IMG/VR virus record: IMGVR_UViG_3300031413_000001
Reading direction: 5' to 3' (one strand)
DNA: 64,000 bases
DNA from: a virus
Taxonomy: Duplodnaviria > Heunggongvirae > Uroviricota > Caudoviricetes
Shown: one piece after another, positions 45,355 to 54,416 of the stretch
Numbering within the stretch: position 1 is the first letter of the stretch
Layout of the letters: each line of letters begins with the position of its first letter
The notes under the pieces: generated by a model
The model's database searches: none
What the model was told of the DNA's origin: nothing
Seen by the model: only the letters and a program-made list of their open reading frames with translations
Position numbers and translations under genes: made by a program

Positions 45355-45889
45355 AAACTACACCACAAAGGGTGGATGGCGCCATTTTCGTGAGCGACTT
45401 CAGGAACGCTATGAGCTGCAGATTCCCTATGAGGAGTGGAAGCTTCTAGGCCATCAGATGCAAAATGGTGCCGGCTACGTCAGTAGGAACAGCTTGACCA
45501 AAAGCTGGTGGATACTTCAAACAAGCGCAGGACAAATCTTTGCGCTCCACGACAGCAAGACCAAATGCTTTATCAGCGTGATGCCCCTGGAGATGCTCCG
45601 GAGTGCCATAGACGGTTCGCCACGTGCCCGAAAGTATCTGGGCTTGACAGAAGTCAATGGCAAGCATAGGAAATGGTATGCAAGACACACCGGACAAGCC
45701 TATGAAGAGCGACCCTGGGTCCCCAAAGGAGCCAGAAAGCTGGAGCCAGTATTGCTCGAGGATGTACCGGGAGGATCCTCACGGGATCAGTCCACAAAGC
45801 GTGGAAGTGGACGAGGCAACCCGTGGCTACTGGTCGGCGGGCTTACGCTGGCCGGATGGTTCCTCGGTCGAAGGTATCGTCTATTTTAA
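45347..45889 (+). CDS. hypothetical protein
   Basis: HF.ERL.ERY motif; GTG start overlapping previous gene. Confidence 0.55.
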   Translation: MSRNYTTKGGWRHFRERLQERYELQIPYEEWKLLGHQMQNGAGYVSRNSLTKSWWILQTSAGQIFALHDSKTKCFISVMPLEMLRSAIDGSPRARKYLGLTEVNGKHRKWYARHTGQAYEERPWVPKGARKLEPVLLEDVPGGSSRDQSTKRGSGRGNPWLLVGGLTLAGWFLGRRYRLF

Positions 45890-46040
45890 CTTTGGCGCAG
45901 CTATCAAGGCTGCCCGTCGTTATGGCTTCCTGCTGCCGGAGGTCAACGTTGCCAATCACGCTCGACTGAAGGCAATCCGTGAAGCTGGCGAGCCCGAGCC
46001 TTTTGTGGAGCCCAGTAAGCGAAAGAAGTCCAGTGACTGA
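45657..46040 (+). CDS. hypothetical protein (start uncertain, overlaps previous ORF)
   Basis: Fills gap to 46033. Confidence 0.4.
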   Translation: MASIGNGMQDTPDKPMKSDPGSPKEPESWSQYCSRMYREDPHGISPQSVEVDEATRGYWSAGLRWPDGSSVEGIVYFNFGAAIKAARRYGFLLPEVNVANHARLKAIREAGEPEPFVEPSKRKKSSD

Positions 46041-46269
46041 GAGGCCAGTAGCTGAACAGCCTGGCTTTCACAGGATAGAGACAAGATCACTGGATCGTTG
46101 GGAGATCGAAGAACTCTTTGAGTTCTTGACAGGACTGCCCAATACCAAGTGGACGCAAACGGACATTGCGATCTCCAAGGATCGAATGATGACCTCGCGG
46201 AAGGGAACCATTGTTCTCTACGAAGACCAGCGTGACGAAGCAATCTACGCCAAATTGAAATGGGGATAA
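46033..46269 (+). CDS. small protein with C-terminal AxxAKLKWG motif
   Basis: Ends DEAIYAKLKWG. Confidence 0.6.
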   Translation: MTERPVAEQPGFHRIETRSLDRWEIEELFEFLTGLPNTKWTQTDIAISKDRMMTSRKGTIVLYEDQRDEAIYAKLKWG

Positions 46270-46272
46270 GCG

Positions 46273-46608
46273 ATGGTGATGACAGCCCGCGACAAGGAAC
46301 TGGCCCTCAAGTTTATCGAGAACAGTGATCCACCCAACCCCACTGAGTACCAAGAGCCAATGGGATGGACTGGCAGCTTCAACTGGTACAATGGCTATGA
46401 TGGAAGCCAGTTCCACAAGATCACTGCGTCCTATGGTGATCTTGTTTACCGGGAGGACGAGGGTCTCAAGTACAATGGCATCTACTTGGATCTCTCCTGG
46501 TGGATGAGGTGCCGTGTCTATTGGGCAGCCAAGCGTTACGCGGAGTTTGGCCGTGCGATTGAGCACGACATTTTCGAAGCAGCTCGTCAGGCCGCGATCG
46601 CCGAATAA
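46273..46608 (+). CDS. hypothetical protein
   Basis: Operon packing. Confidence 0.6.
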   Translation: MVMTARDKELALKFIENSDPPNPTEYQEPMGWTGSFNWYNGYDGSQFHKITASYGDLVYREDEGLKYNGIYLDLSWWMRCRVYWAAKRYAEFGRAIEHDIFEAARQAAIAE

Positions 46609-46658
46609 TTGGTTGACTGGCTGGATCCTGGCACTACGTTGAAACAAAGGAGATCGAC

Positions 46659-47021
46659 ATGAGCACTGAGTTCGATATCAAACAGTTTCTGTGGTTCAAG
46701 GACGAGGCCAAGAACTCGGACAAGATCTGGGGCTACGTGGAAGTCGCGGGCAAGATCTACAACTTCTGGGGTCGGCGCGCCGATCTCGATGGCAAGAAGA
46801 AGCTGACCTTCAAGCGGTGGCCGGGTGTCTGGGGCGCATATGATGCGAGCTCCAAGGCCAGCGAGAAGAAGCGGAAGGGCTACCGTGAGGTCGACATCTC
46901 GAAGACCGACGACGGCGACTATCCGGGCATCGAGGCTTGCTATGCGGGCTTCACGAAGAGCTTCAAGAACCAGCTGACGTTTGCGCGTCTGGCCGGCACG
47001 GTCTTCGGCGAGGAAGTCTAA
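46659..47021 (+). CDS. WGR-domain protein
   Basis: SDKIW...FWGRR...K..EK..KGY. Confidence 0.7.
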   Translation: MSTEFDIKQFLWFKDEAKNSDKIWGYVEVAGKIYNFWGRRADLDGKKKLTFKRWPGVWGAYDASSKASEKKRKGYREVDISKTDDGDYPGIEACYAGFTKSFKNQLTFARLAGTVFGEEV

Positions 47022-47207
47022 ATGGCCGAGGAGATCACTGCGGCTCGCTTTCGCGCTGCGGTTGGTCGCGAGCCAGAAAACGATGACCTGTCCCGCAGTA
47101 ATTGCTCAGAGCGAGGTGATGATGGTCACTGGTGTTGCGGCTGGGATCATGCGGCCAATCTTCCGGTGTTCATGACTGGAACAACCATCTACCGACTGGA
47201 AAAGTAA
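47022..47207 (+). CDS. small Cys/His protein
   Basis: DDL.R.NC...G..GH..CGW. Confidence 0.65.
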   Translation: MAEEITAARFRAAVGREPENDDLSRSNCSERGDDGHWCCGWDHAANLPVFMTGTTIYRLEK

Positions 47208-47392
47208 TGCTTTGGGGACTGACATACCATACTATTCAAATGGTATTGGCTTTTCTGTTCGTGTTTCTCGCCGGCGCCCAAATGGAGCGCGGACGAGTGG
47301 CAACCAGCTTGTTACTCTTAGTTGTGGGAATCTTGACCTTTCTGGCCGAGGTTTCCACCTTTCTAGTCTTCATTGGACCACTGATAGCCTGA
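47207..47392 (+). CDS. small membrane protein
   Basis: Two TM segments; TAATG coupling. Confidence 0.55.
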   Translation: MLWGLTYHTIQMVLAFLFVFLAGAQMERGRVATSLLLLVVGILTFLAEVSTFLVFIGPLIA

Positions 47393-47598
47393 TGAAACGA
47401 TCAACCATAGAAACAATCAGTCAGAGTCTCAAGGTCGTAGGAACCATAGTGGTTGCCCTCATGGCTATTTGGTTACTGACAGACGATGTTCAGCCCAACT
47501 ATGTCCAGGGACGGATGATCATGGGCTTTCTAATGATCATCCTGGGCTACTTGATAGATATCAAGTACCTATTGGAAGATCGAAACAACACGAGGTAA
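47392..47598 (+). CDS. small membrane protein
   Basis: Two TM segments; TGATG coupling. Confidence 0.55.
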   Translation: MKRSTIETISQSLKVVGTIVVALMAIWLLTDDVQPNYVQGRMIMGFLMIILGYLIDIKYLLEDRNNTR

Positions 47599-47602
47599 CC
47601 CA

Positions 47603-47992
47603 GTGAGCGATCCAATCAACAATTCGGAGCGGCGACCAGTCCGCATCTTGACCGCGATGCCCAGCGACACCAACCCAGATGGTGACATCTTTGGTGGATG
47701 GCTGATGAGCCAGATGGATCTCGCGGCCGCTGCGGTTACCAAGCGCCGCGCTGGTGGTCGGACTGTAACGGTGGCCGTTGAGGGATTCAAGTTCATGGCT
47801 CCCGTGAAGGTTGGCGACGAGGTTGTCATCTACGCGGACATCAAACAGACTGGTCGTTCCTCGATGCACTGCATGGTCTGCACCTATGCACTCGCAGGCT
47901 GCACCGGAGTGGCCACCAAGGTCTGCGAAGCCATGTATGTTTTCGTCCACATCGACGAGAATGGCAAGAGCAAGAGGCTTCCTGAGGAATGA
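47603..47992 (+). CDS. yciA: acyl-CoA thioesterase (hotdog fold)
   Basis: AMPSDTNPDGDIFGGWLMSQMD, F..PVKVGD, GRSSM. Confidence 0.9.
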   Translation: MSDPINNSERRPVRILTAMPSDTNPDGDIFGGWLMSQMDLAAAAVTKRRAGGRTVTVAVEGFKFMAPVKVGDEVVIYADIKQTGRSSMHCMVCTYALAGCTGVATKVCEAMYVFVHIDENGKSKRLPEE

Positions 47993-48222
47993 CGCACAAG
48001 ACCATCTGGGTACTGGAGCATCTTCTCTTTGGGGCATTTGTTCTCTTCGTCACCCTCTTGCCAGCGATCGTCAGTCAGATTTACAAAGCATGGGCGTTGG
48101 GTGGTCGAAGTGCCCTTCATCCTGCGGAATACAAGAAGATTGAGAACCGTGAGTTCCTGATCTTTGTTGTTGGCTACCTGCTGCTGGTGATCATCTTTCT
48201 CTACACGGCAGCACCCAACTAA
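47989..48222 (+). CDS. small membrane protein
   Basis: Two TM segments. Confidence 0.6.
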   Translation: MTHKTIWVLEHLLFGAFVLFVTLLPAIVSQIYKAWALGGRSALHPAEYKKIENREFLIFVVGYLLLVIIFLYTAAPN

Positions 48223-48261
48223 AGGCTAGACAGGCAGGCACTTTGGTGCAACTACTGGACT

Positions 48262-49542
48262 ATGACAGTAGTGACACGCTTTGCGCCAAGTCCAACTGGC
48301 TACCTTCATATCGGAGGAGCCCGTACGGCACTCTTCAACTGGCTCTATGCTCGGCATATGGGTGGAAAGTTCCTGATCCGCATTGAGGACACCGACAAGG
48401 AACGGAACACTCCCGATGCCATCGAGGCAATCTTCACCGGGCTGGCCTGGCTGGGTCTAGATCCCGACGAGGATATCGTGCTGCAGAGCAGGAATGCCGC
48501 CCGTCACGTCGAGGTAGCCAATCAGCTGATCGACCAGGGCATGGCCTATTATGATCCCAACAACGTCAATGAAGAGGGACAGGGGGCTGTCCGGATTCGT
48601 GGTATCAAGGGCGAGCAGACCATCGAGGACTTGGTACAAGGCACGGTAACGTGGCGCCAGGATATCGATGACTTTGTGATTCTCCGAAGCGATGGAACGC
48701 CAACCTACATGCTGGCAGTGGTTGTGGATGATCACGACATGGGTGTCACTCATGTGATTCGCGGTGACGACCATCTGAACAATGCCTTCCGTCAGCTGAG
48801 CATCTACAAGGCAATGGGCTGGCCCATTCCCCAGTATGGTCACATTCCCCTGATTCACGGCGAGGATGGCAAAAAACTCAGCAAGCGAACCGGCGCGGCA
48901 TCGGTTGACGAGTACCGGATGGACATGGGCATCCTGGCACCCGCGATGGTCAACTACCTGGCACGACTGGGCTGGGGACATGGCAACGATGAGCTGTTCA
49001 CGATGGATCAAGCCATTGAGTGGTTTGACATCAAGGACGTGGGCAAGGGTGCAGCTCGTCTGGACAGGAAAAAGCTGGCCAGCATCAATGGCCACTACAT
49101 CAGGAACACGGAGCCCGAAATCCTTGCAAGGAACTGGGTTGGACCGCTTCTGCATGAGCAGGGCATTGACTGGGACGATGCCATGCTCGTTGGGGCAATG
49201 GCGGCGCTCCGTGAGCGTTCCACGGACCTCAACGCTTTAGCGAAGGGAACCCAGTTTCTCTGGGACCTGCGACCCATCTTCATCGAGGAAAAGGCTCGCG
49301 AAAAGCTAGACGGCAAGATCCTCGAGGAACTGGATGAGCTGCTGGTTAGTGTGCCCTGGGACAAGGATCACCTGGAGCATCGTGTCAAGGCCTACGCGGA
49401 CGTGATGGGTCACAAGCTGGGAGTGGTAGCCGGTGTCCTCAGGGCAGCACTGACTGGTAGCACAATCAGTCCGCCGATCTTTGATGTAATGGTCCTCCTG
49501 GGAATGGAGCAGACCCTGGGTCGCATGAGGGATGCCAAGTAA
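48262..49542 (+). CDS. gltX: glutamate--tRNA ligase (shortened)
   Basis: TRFAPSPTGYLHIGGART, RIEDTD, VIRGDDH, KKLSKR, R.ALTG...SP. Confidence 0.96.
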   Translation: MTVVTRFAPSPTGYLHIGGARTALFNWLYARHMGGKFLIRIEDTDKERNTPDAIEAIFTGLAWLGLDPDEDIVLQSRNAARHVEVANQLIDQGMAYYDPNNVNEEGQGAVRIRGIKGEQTIEDLVQGTVTWRQDIDDFVILRSDGTPTYMLAVVVDDHDMGVTHVIRGDDHLNNAFRQLSIYKAMGWPIPQYGHIPLIHGEDGKKLSKRTGAASVDEYRMDMGILAPAMVNYLARLGWGHGNDELFTMDQAIEWFDIKDVGKGAARLDRKKLASINGHYIRNTEPEILARNWVGPLLHEQGIDWDDAMLVGAMAALRERSTDLNALAKGTQFLWDLRPIFIEEKAREKLDGKILEELDELLVSVPWDKDHLEHRVKAYADVMGHKLGVVAGVLRAALTGSTISPPIFDVMVLLGMEQTLGRMRDAK

Positions 49543-49886
49543 TGGACGTCTTTGATACAAACAAAAAGTGGATCACGATTGGTCTGGAGGTTTCCTACAG
49601 ATACGGGGACAAGATGCGCTTTGCCACTGTCACCGATATCACAACGGATGGTCGTCTTTATTGTGATGACAACTTGCTGGAACTTCTCCCCGATGAAGTC
49701 ACCATTGTGGAAGAGGATCCAGTGGAGCGCCTGGAAGCTGACATGCGCCGATATATCTATGACAAAACGCCCGACCGTCGCATCGCTTGCTTGACAGCAT
49801 TCCAGGAGCGAATGGGCTTGAAGCCCTGGTCGGAACGTGAAGAAGAAAAAGCTGCTGCTCGTCGAAAGGAACTGGGTTTTGATTGA
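49542..49886 (+). CDS. hypothetical protein
   Basis: TAATG coupling. Confidence 0.6.
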   Translation: MDVFDTNKKWITIGLEVSYRYGDKMRFATVTDITTDGRLYCDDNLLELLPDEVTIVEEDPVERLEADMRRYIYDKTPDRRIACLTAFQERMGLKPWSEREEEKAAARRKELGFD

Positions 49887-50409
49887 GACAACTTCGGGCT
49901 ATCAGATGATCGTGGAACACTATGGTGACCGGACAACCCGGCGGTCCCTGGTTCCATTGATCAATCACATCCACGAGGGGCTGGAGATCCTAGACCGGCT
50001 AGAGGCTGACCTGACAACCAAGGAAGCCTACGCCGTTCATCCACTGTTTCAGGCCGACGATGACCTACGGGCCAACTTCACCAAGATTGACCGCCTGGAC
50101 AACATGGTCGCTGCCTATGCGATGGAATACCGCAACGTTGCCAATGACTTCCTGAGCAATCAGGTCGCAACTGGTCCAAATGCCTGGGGACGTGAGGAAA
50201 CCTATCCTCTGAAGCCTCTTCGTCTGTCACCCATCCCAGCAGTCAACAACATGCTGATTGCCGACAAGGTGCAGAACCGGAAGGACTTTATTGCCTTTCA
50301 TCAGCCCACCCACCCGCGGTCTCGAGAGCTTACGTTCTACTTTGAGCACTGGCTCAAGCGACTGGGCGTCAGTGAGGAACGCTATCAGGAACTAATCGAC
50401 GGTTTATAA
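49879..50409 (+). CDS. HD-like helical hypothetical protein
   Basis: NHIHEG, HPL.Q.D, ADKVQN motifs. Confidence 0.65.
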   Translation: MIETTSGYQMIVEHYGDRTTRRSLVPLINHIHEGLEILDRLEADLTTKEAYAVHPLFQADDDLRANFTKIDRLDNMVAAYAMEYRNVANDFLSNQVATGPNAWGREETYPLKPLRLSPIPAVNNMLIADKVQNRKDFIAFHQPTHPRSRELTFYFEHWLKRLGVSEERYQELIDGL

Positions 50410-50426
50410 GAATTTGAGGAATATTC

Positions 50427-51047
50427 ATGCGTAACTGGCGAGTACGAACACGAGCGCAGCACAAGGCGCGCTTTCATGCTTGGAAGAACAGTGATAGCGA
50501 TCATTTCAGCTGGGAAGCGCCCTGGTCTCCCATCTGGCGATCTCAATATACTCGCCGGTGGAAGCGGGACATCAAGCATGTCAAGGAAGGCTTGGCCAAG
50601 TTCGCTGAGTTCCCCTACTATGAGGACTGCAGGTATCATGTCTGCCGTCAGACCAATATCGAGGCTGATCACAACTATGGTCGCATTGACATTGAGGGCG
50701 AGAGCCTGATCAACGGTACGCCATCCAATTGCTCCTATGAGCATTGTGGGATCGTTCACCTGACCAAGGAAGATGGCGAGGAGCGCGCAGCTTTCGTGAA
50801 GGCAATGGGCATGATGCCCTACCAGCTCAAGTATGTCTATGGCATTCCTGAGGACAGGGAAAAGCTGATGCAGAGTCTCCGCTACTCGCTGGGTCTGGAG
50901 CGCGTCTGGAACTTCAACGAGAATGGCGGAACGCAAGAGATCACTGACGAGGGCAAAGCCTGGCTGTTTGACGAGACTGGCGTCACCTATGATGACTTGA
51001 AGCCCATGGAGCAGGAAGAGATGCAAAAGGCCCTGGCTGAATCGTGA
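50427..51047 (+). CDS. hypothetical protein
   Basis: YEDC.YH...SLI.G....CS..HCG pattern. Confidence 0.65.
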   Translation: MRNWRVRTRAQHKARFHAWKNSDSDHFSWEAPWSPIWRSQYTRRWKRDIKHVKEGLAKFAEFPYYEDCRYHVCRQTNIEADHNYGRIDIEGESLINGTPSNCSYEHCGIVHLTKEDGEERAAFVKAMGMMPYQLKYVYGIPEDREKLMQSLRYSLGLERVWNFNENGGTQEITDEGKAWLFDETGVTYDDLKPMEQEEMQKALAES

Positions 51048-51235
51048 GGGACCTGGTCAAGAGCTTTCTGGTAACGCTGGTCATCCTAGCGTTGACAGCT
51101 TGCGTCTGTGGTCTTGCGTGGTATGCCAGCCAGCATCCCCTGTGGGCTACCAGTACGCTGATGCCCATCTTGGGCGTTTTGTTCGTGCTGGGCATCTGGG
51201 GAATGGTCCACACAACAATCAAGCTGGACAAATAA
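51044..51235 (+). CDS. small membrane protein
   Basis: Two TM segments. Confidence 0.6.
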   Translation: MRDLVKSFLVTLVILALTACVCGLAWYASQHPLWATSTLMPILGVLFVLGIWGMVHTTIKLDK

Positions 51236-51237
51236 TC

Positions 51238-51570
51238 GTGTTCTACTATCTGGACAAGGACAAGAAAGTCCAGCAAGTCAAGGGAAACTTTCTAAAACAC
51301 ATCATTGAGAACGGTAACAACTCTCGGATAGTTGGTCGCACGGAAACCATTCTAGGCGTCCATGTGTCAACGGTTTTCCTGGGATCAAATGTTGGAATAT
51401 ACGATGAAAGTCCCAAGTATTTTGAAACCATGATCACCAGTGAGCGAACCGAAGTCTTGTACAGAGACGTTGTGGAGCGGTATGCGACTTGGGATGACGC
51501 CCTTGCAGGACATGCAAAATGGTGCAATGAAGTGGTAGCTATCGTGTTATCGGAGGACACCAATGATTGA
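51238..51570 (+). CDS. phage hypothetical protein
   Basis: VSTVFLG...FETMI...RY.TW..A..GH pattern. Confidence 0.65.
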   Translation: MFYYLDKDKKVQQVKGNFLKHIIENGNNSRIVGRTETILGVHVSTVFLGSNVGIYDESPKYFETMITSERTEVLYRDVVERYATWDDALAGHAKWCNEVVAIVLSEDTND

Positions 51571-51904
51571 ACTGTGGAGTGCGGAGCAACTCAAGGATGA
51601 GATCTCCGATTTTATCGCCAAGGACATGGGCCTCTACATCAAGAATCTGCAGGGGCAGGGTGCTGATGTGGTTGGCCTGGATCTGGGCGGCTTCGTGGTC
51701 ATCGAGTACCACTACATTCCCGCAGAGAGCATCCGAATGGTTCTCCAAGTCAAGGGCAAGAGCCTGATCATGGAGGTCTATCAGGATCAGGACGGTGTCC
51801 GGCGGACTCAGCTGTTCAAGCGAAAGCGTATGATCCCAGTGATCGATTACGTGGATCTCAAGACCAAGCAAGCCGATCCCGGCGAATCAACGATGTTTGG
51901 TTGA
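51563..51904 (+). CDS. hypothetical protein
   Basis: SD GGAGG. Confidence 0.6.
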   Translation: MIELWSAEQLKDEISDFIAKDMGLYIKNLQGQGADVVGLDLGGFVVIEYHYIPAESIRMVLQVKGKSLIMEVYQDQDGVRRTQLFKRKRMIPVIDYVDLKTKQADPGESTMFG

Positions 51905-51956
51905 CACACAGGATCCTGGCGCTACACCAGCTGGGAATCAACAGGAGATCGGCACT

Positions 51957-53861
51957 ATGAGTGCAAGCGACGATATCAAGGATGCAATCGTCAATTATTT
52001 CGATTGCACGGACGTCAAGGGAAACAAGGCAGCCGACTGGAAGCGCCGCGACAAGCGGACTCTGGCAAGTGGGCATGATTTCCGGGAGTTCCACAACGCC
52101 AAGCTGAATCGCACTGTCTATACGCTGGGCGACGACGAAGACTGTCAGATCCTGGAAAAGGATCAGTGGATCTATGGGTTCAGCGACGCAGCGGATCTGG
52201 GCGAAGACGGCAGCTTCGTGCTTTCGTTCGAACCACTCGATCGCTTTCTCCGGTGCGCTCGACTATACGACCAGCATCAGCAGGATGGTCTGGTTGCCCT
52301 GATGGGACTTCCAGCGAACCTCGACGAGGTGTGCGAGAATCAGTTCATCGCCAGTCACAACGACTACAATGAGCTCACGATCCATATGACGCTGAAGAAG
52401 GCCGGCTTCAAGTTCTCGCGTGAGCTGACCGACTGGCTGATGGCACACAAGGCGCCAACCACGCCGGCCCCCGGTCCTGATCTCTCGATCGTTCCCGCGG
52501 TCCTCGACCCCAACTACAGCGCACCACTTCAGCCGGCTTCGAGCAGTCCTGCTCCGGCGGCAAGCGGTGTGATCACCAAGTTCGCCAACAAGAATCCCGG
52601 TCAGGTAGCAGCGGCAGCCCAGGCAACGCATCAGGCACAACAGGCCTCGATGATGGCAGCAATCGGTCAGATGGCTGGTCAGCTGGGCGCAACCGGTGGC
52701 GTGCAGATTGGCAGCACCCATATCCCGGCCACGCCGGCTGCGAATCCAATGGCACAGCTCAACAAGATCCTGGCAGCACAGGGAACCAAGGTGGTCGGCG
52801 TTGGCCCCGGTGGCACGATGACGCCGTTGAATGGTATCCCTCCGCTTCCGCCCAGCGGTCTCTTCAACAGCCCTGGGATGCAGGCCGCGATGCCCATCAT
52901 GAGCGGTGGCTACCCCGAGTTGGTGAACCTTCAGCCTGCAGTCCAGGCAGCGTTCATCAGCCAGCGGATCATGGGTCACATGGGTCTCGACCAGGCCAAC
53001 ACTGCATGGGACGATGACGCGGCGATCAACGCGCAATTCCAGTCCGGTGTCGACGAAATCGAAATCGAGCGCAGCCACGCAATCTGGTTGCTCTATGAGA
53101 TCTACGACGATGGGTCGAGCAATCCCCTAATCGACTTTTTCCTCTCCGACGATGAGGAACTGAGCGAGCATTTGGGCGCCGTACTGGACATGGACGAGGA
53201 TGACCAGTACATCAGCATCCGCGATGATGATCAGGCATATCCCGCGCCCTATGATCTTCCCGTTCCCCAGCCGGCTCCCTATGTTGCTCCTCCAATGCCA
53301 CCGGGCTTTGGTGGCGGCGGTCGGGCAGCCCCAATGGTTGGCCCAGCGTCCATGAATGCAAGGGCGGGCAGCTTTGCCCCACTGCCAGCAGCACCGCCGG
53401 CCGTTGTTCCACCGGCTCCTCCGGTGGGTGCAGCCAGTGCCTACATCAACAGCGATAGCGGCGACAAGTGGGCGGAGTTCTGCGGCGAGGTCTGGAACAC
53501 GTTCAGTGCCAACAAGGCCAACCTTCCCCTCGACCTCACGTGGTCGGATCGCTATCGTCCCCGCGATGCACAGATCACCGGACTGGGCTACAAGTTTGTC
53601 CGCCGGGAGTTCACGGGCATCGTGATGCAGATGGGCTATCTGGATCGTGAAGGCAACTTGCTGGAGACCATCGACCTCCCCGGTGATGTCTTGAGCGAGG
53701 TGCTCAAGGAGTGGGGCGGCGACTGGAACATCGACGACATCACGCAGATGATCCACAAGCGGAAGGGTGAGAATCCCGAGACGGGCTTCAGCTACTCCAG
53801 CGAGGGCTTGTTCGACGAGGTCAAGGCATACCTGGACGGCGAAGGTTGGAAGGAAGCATAA
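51957..53861 (+). CDS. large protein with P/A/Q/G/M-rich low-complexity linkers
   Basis: AGGAGATCG RBS; 634 aa. Confidence 0.75.
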   Translation: MSASDDIKDAIVNYFDCTDVKGNKAADWKRRDKRTLASGHDFREFHNAKLNRTVYTLGDDEDCQILEKDQWIYGFSDAADLGEDGSFVLSFEPLDRFLRCARLYDQHQQDGLVALMGLPANLDEVCENQFIASHNDYNELTIHMTLKKAGFKFSRELTDWLMAHKAPTTPAPGPDLSIVPAVLDPNYSAPLQPASSSPAPAASGVITKFANKNPGQVAAAAQATHQAQQASMMAAIGQMAGQLGATGGVQIGSTHIPATPAANPMAQLNKILAAQGTKVVGVGPGGTMTPLNGIPPLPPSGLFNSPGMQAAMPIMSGGYPELVNLQPAVQAAFISQRIMGHMGLDQANTAWDDDAAINAQFQSGVDEIEIERSHAIWLLYEIYDDGSSNPLIDFFLSDDEELSEHLGAVLDMDEDDQYISIRDDDQAYPAPYDLPVPQPAPYVAPPMPPGFGGGGRAAPMVGPASMNARAGSFAPLPAAPPAVVPPAPPVGAASAYINSDSGDKWAEFCGEVWNTFSANKANLPLDLTWSDRYRPRDAQITGLGYKFVRREFTGIVMQMGYLDREGNLLETIDLPGDVLSEVLKEWGGDWNIDDITQMIHKRKGENPETGFSYSSEGLFDEVKAYLDGEGWKEA

Positions 53862-54127
53862 TGGGCAAGAAGAAAAAGGCCGAACGGCAACCGCTCAAGG
53901 TCTATGGTCAGCTGGTCGGCGACGGCGATGTTGAGGAGGGTGTCAAGCCCGTTCTGCTGGAGGAGGTTTGCTTTCTCGCTGACCCCAAGATGCTCCGCAA
54001 GATTGCCAAGCATTTGAAGGAATCTGCGAAGATTCTGGAAAAATGGGATCATCACCATATGAACAACCACAAGCATGGTGTGGAGATCATCGTTCTCCGT
54101 CCCGAGCATATGGCACCCCTTGACTGA
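53861..54127 (+). CDS. hypothetical protein
   Basis: TAATG coupling; WDHHH. Confidence 0.6.
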   Translation: MGKKKKAERQPLKVYGQLVGDGDVEEGVKPVLLEEVCFLADPKMLRKIAKHLKESAKILEKWDHHHMNNHKHGVEIIVLRPEHMAPLD

Positions 54128-54354
54128 TGGAAATTGCCCACTATTTTGAGAACCCACCGGACTACGTTTTCAAGGTCCGTGGCTCGCGGGAGGAACTAGA
54201 GGAGTTGGAACAACGCTTCTGGAAGATCTCGGTGAGCATGATAGCGGGCAATCCATTGTTAGCCATTCTCAAAGATGGCGTGCCGACCTTCCAGACCAGC
54301 TACAGTTTCAGTGATCCCAAGGAAGCGATGATGTTTCGGCTAGCCGTCATCTAA
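54127..54354 (+). CDS. small protein with C-terminal EAMMFRL motif
   Basis: Ends FSDPKEAMMFRLAVI. Confidence 0.6.
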   Translation: MEIAHYFENPPDYVFKVRGSREELEELEQRFWKISVSMIAGNPLLAILKDGVPTFQTSYSFSDPKEAMMFRLAVI

Positions 54355-54416
54355 GCGGTTGATTTGCGGAACCCTGGTGCTAATGCTGGTTACAGTTAGG
54401 CAACCAGGAGACCACT

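Noticed and set aside
1002-49542. Bacterial chromosome origin implied by aspS, lysS and gltX
   Set aside because: The genes lack normal chromosomal neighbours and are embedded among short unknown ORFs, spanins and fibre genes.
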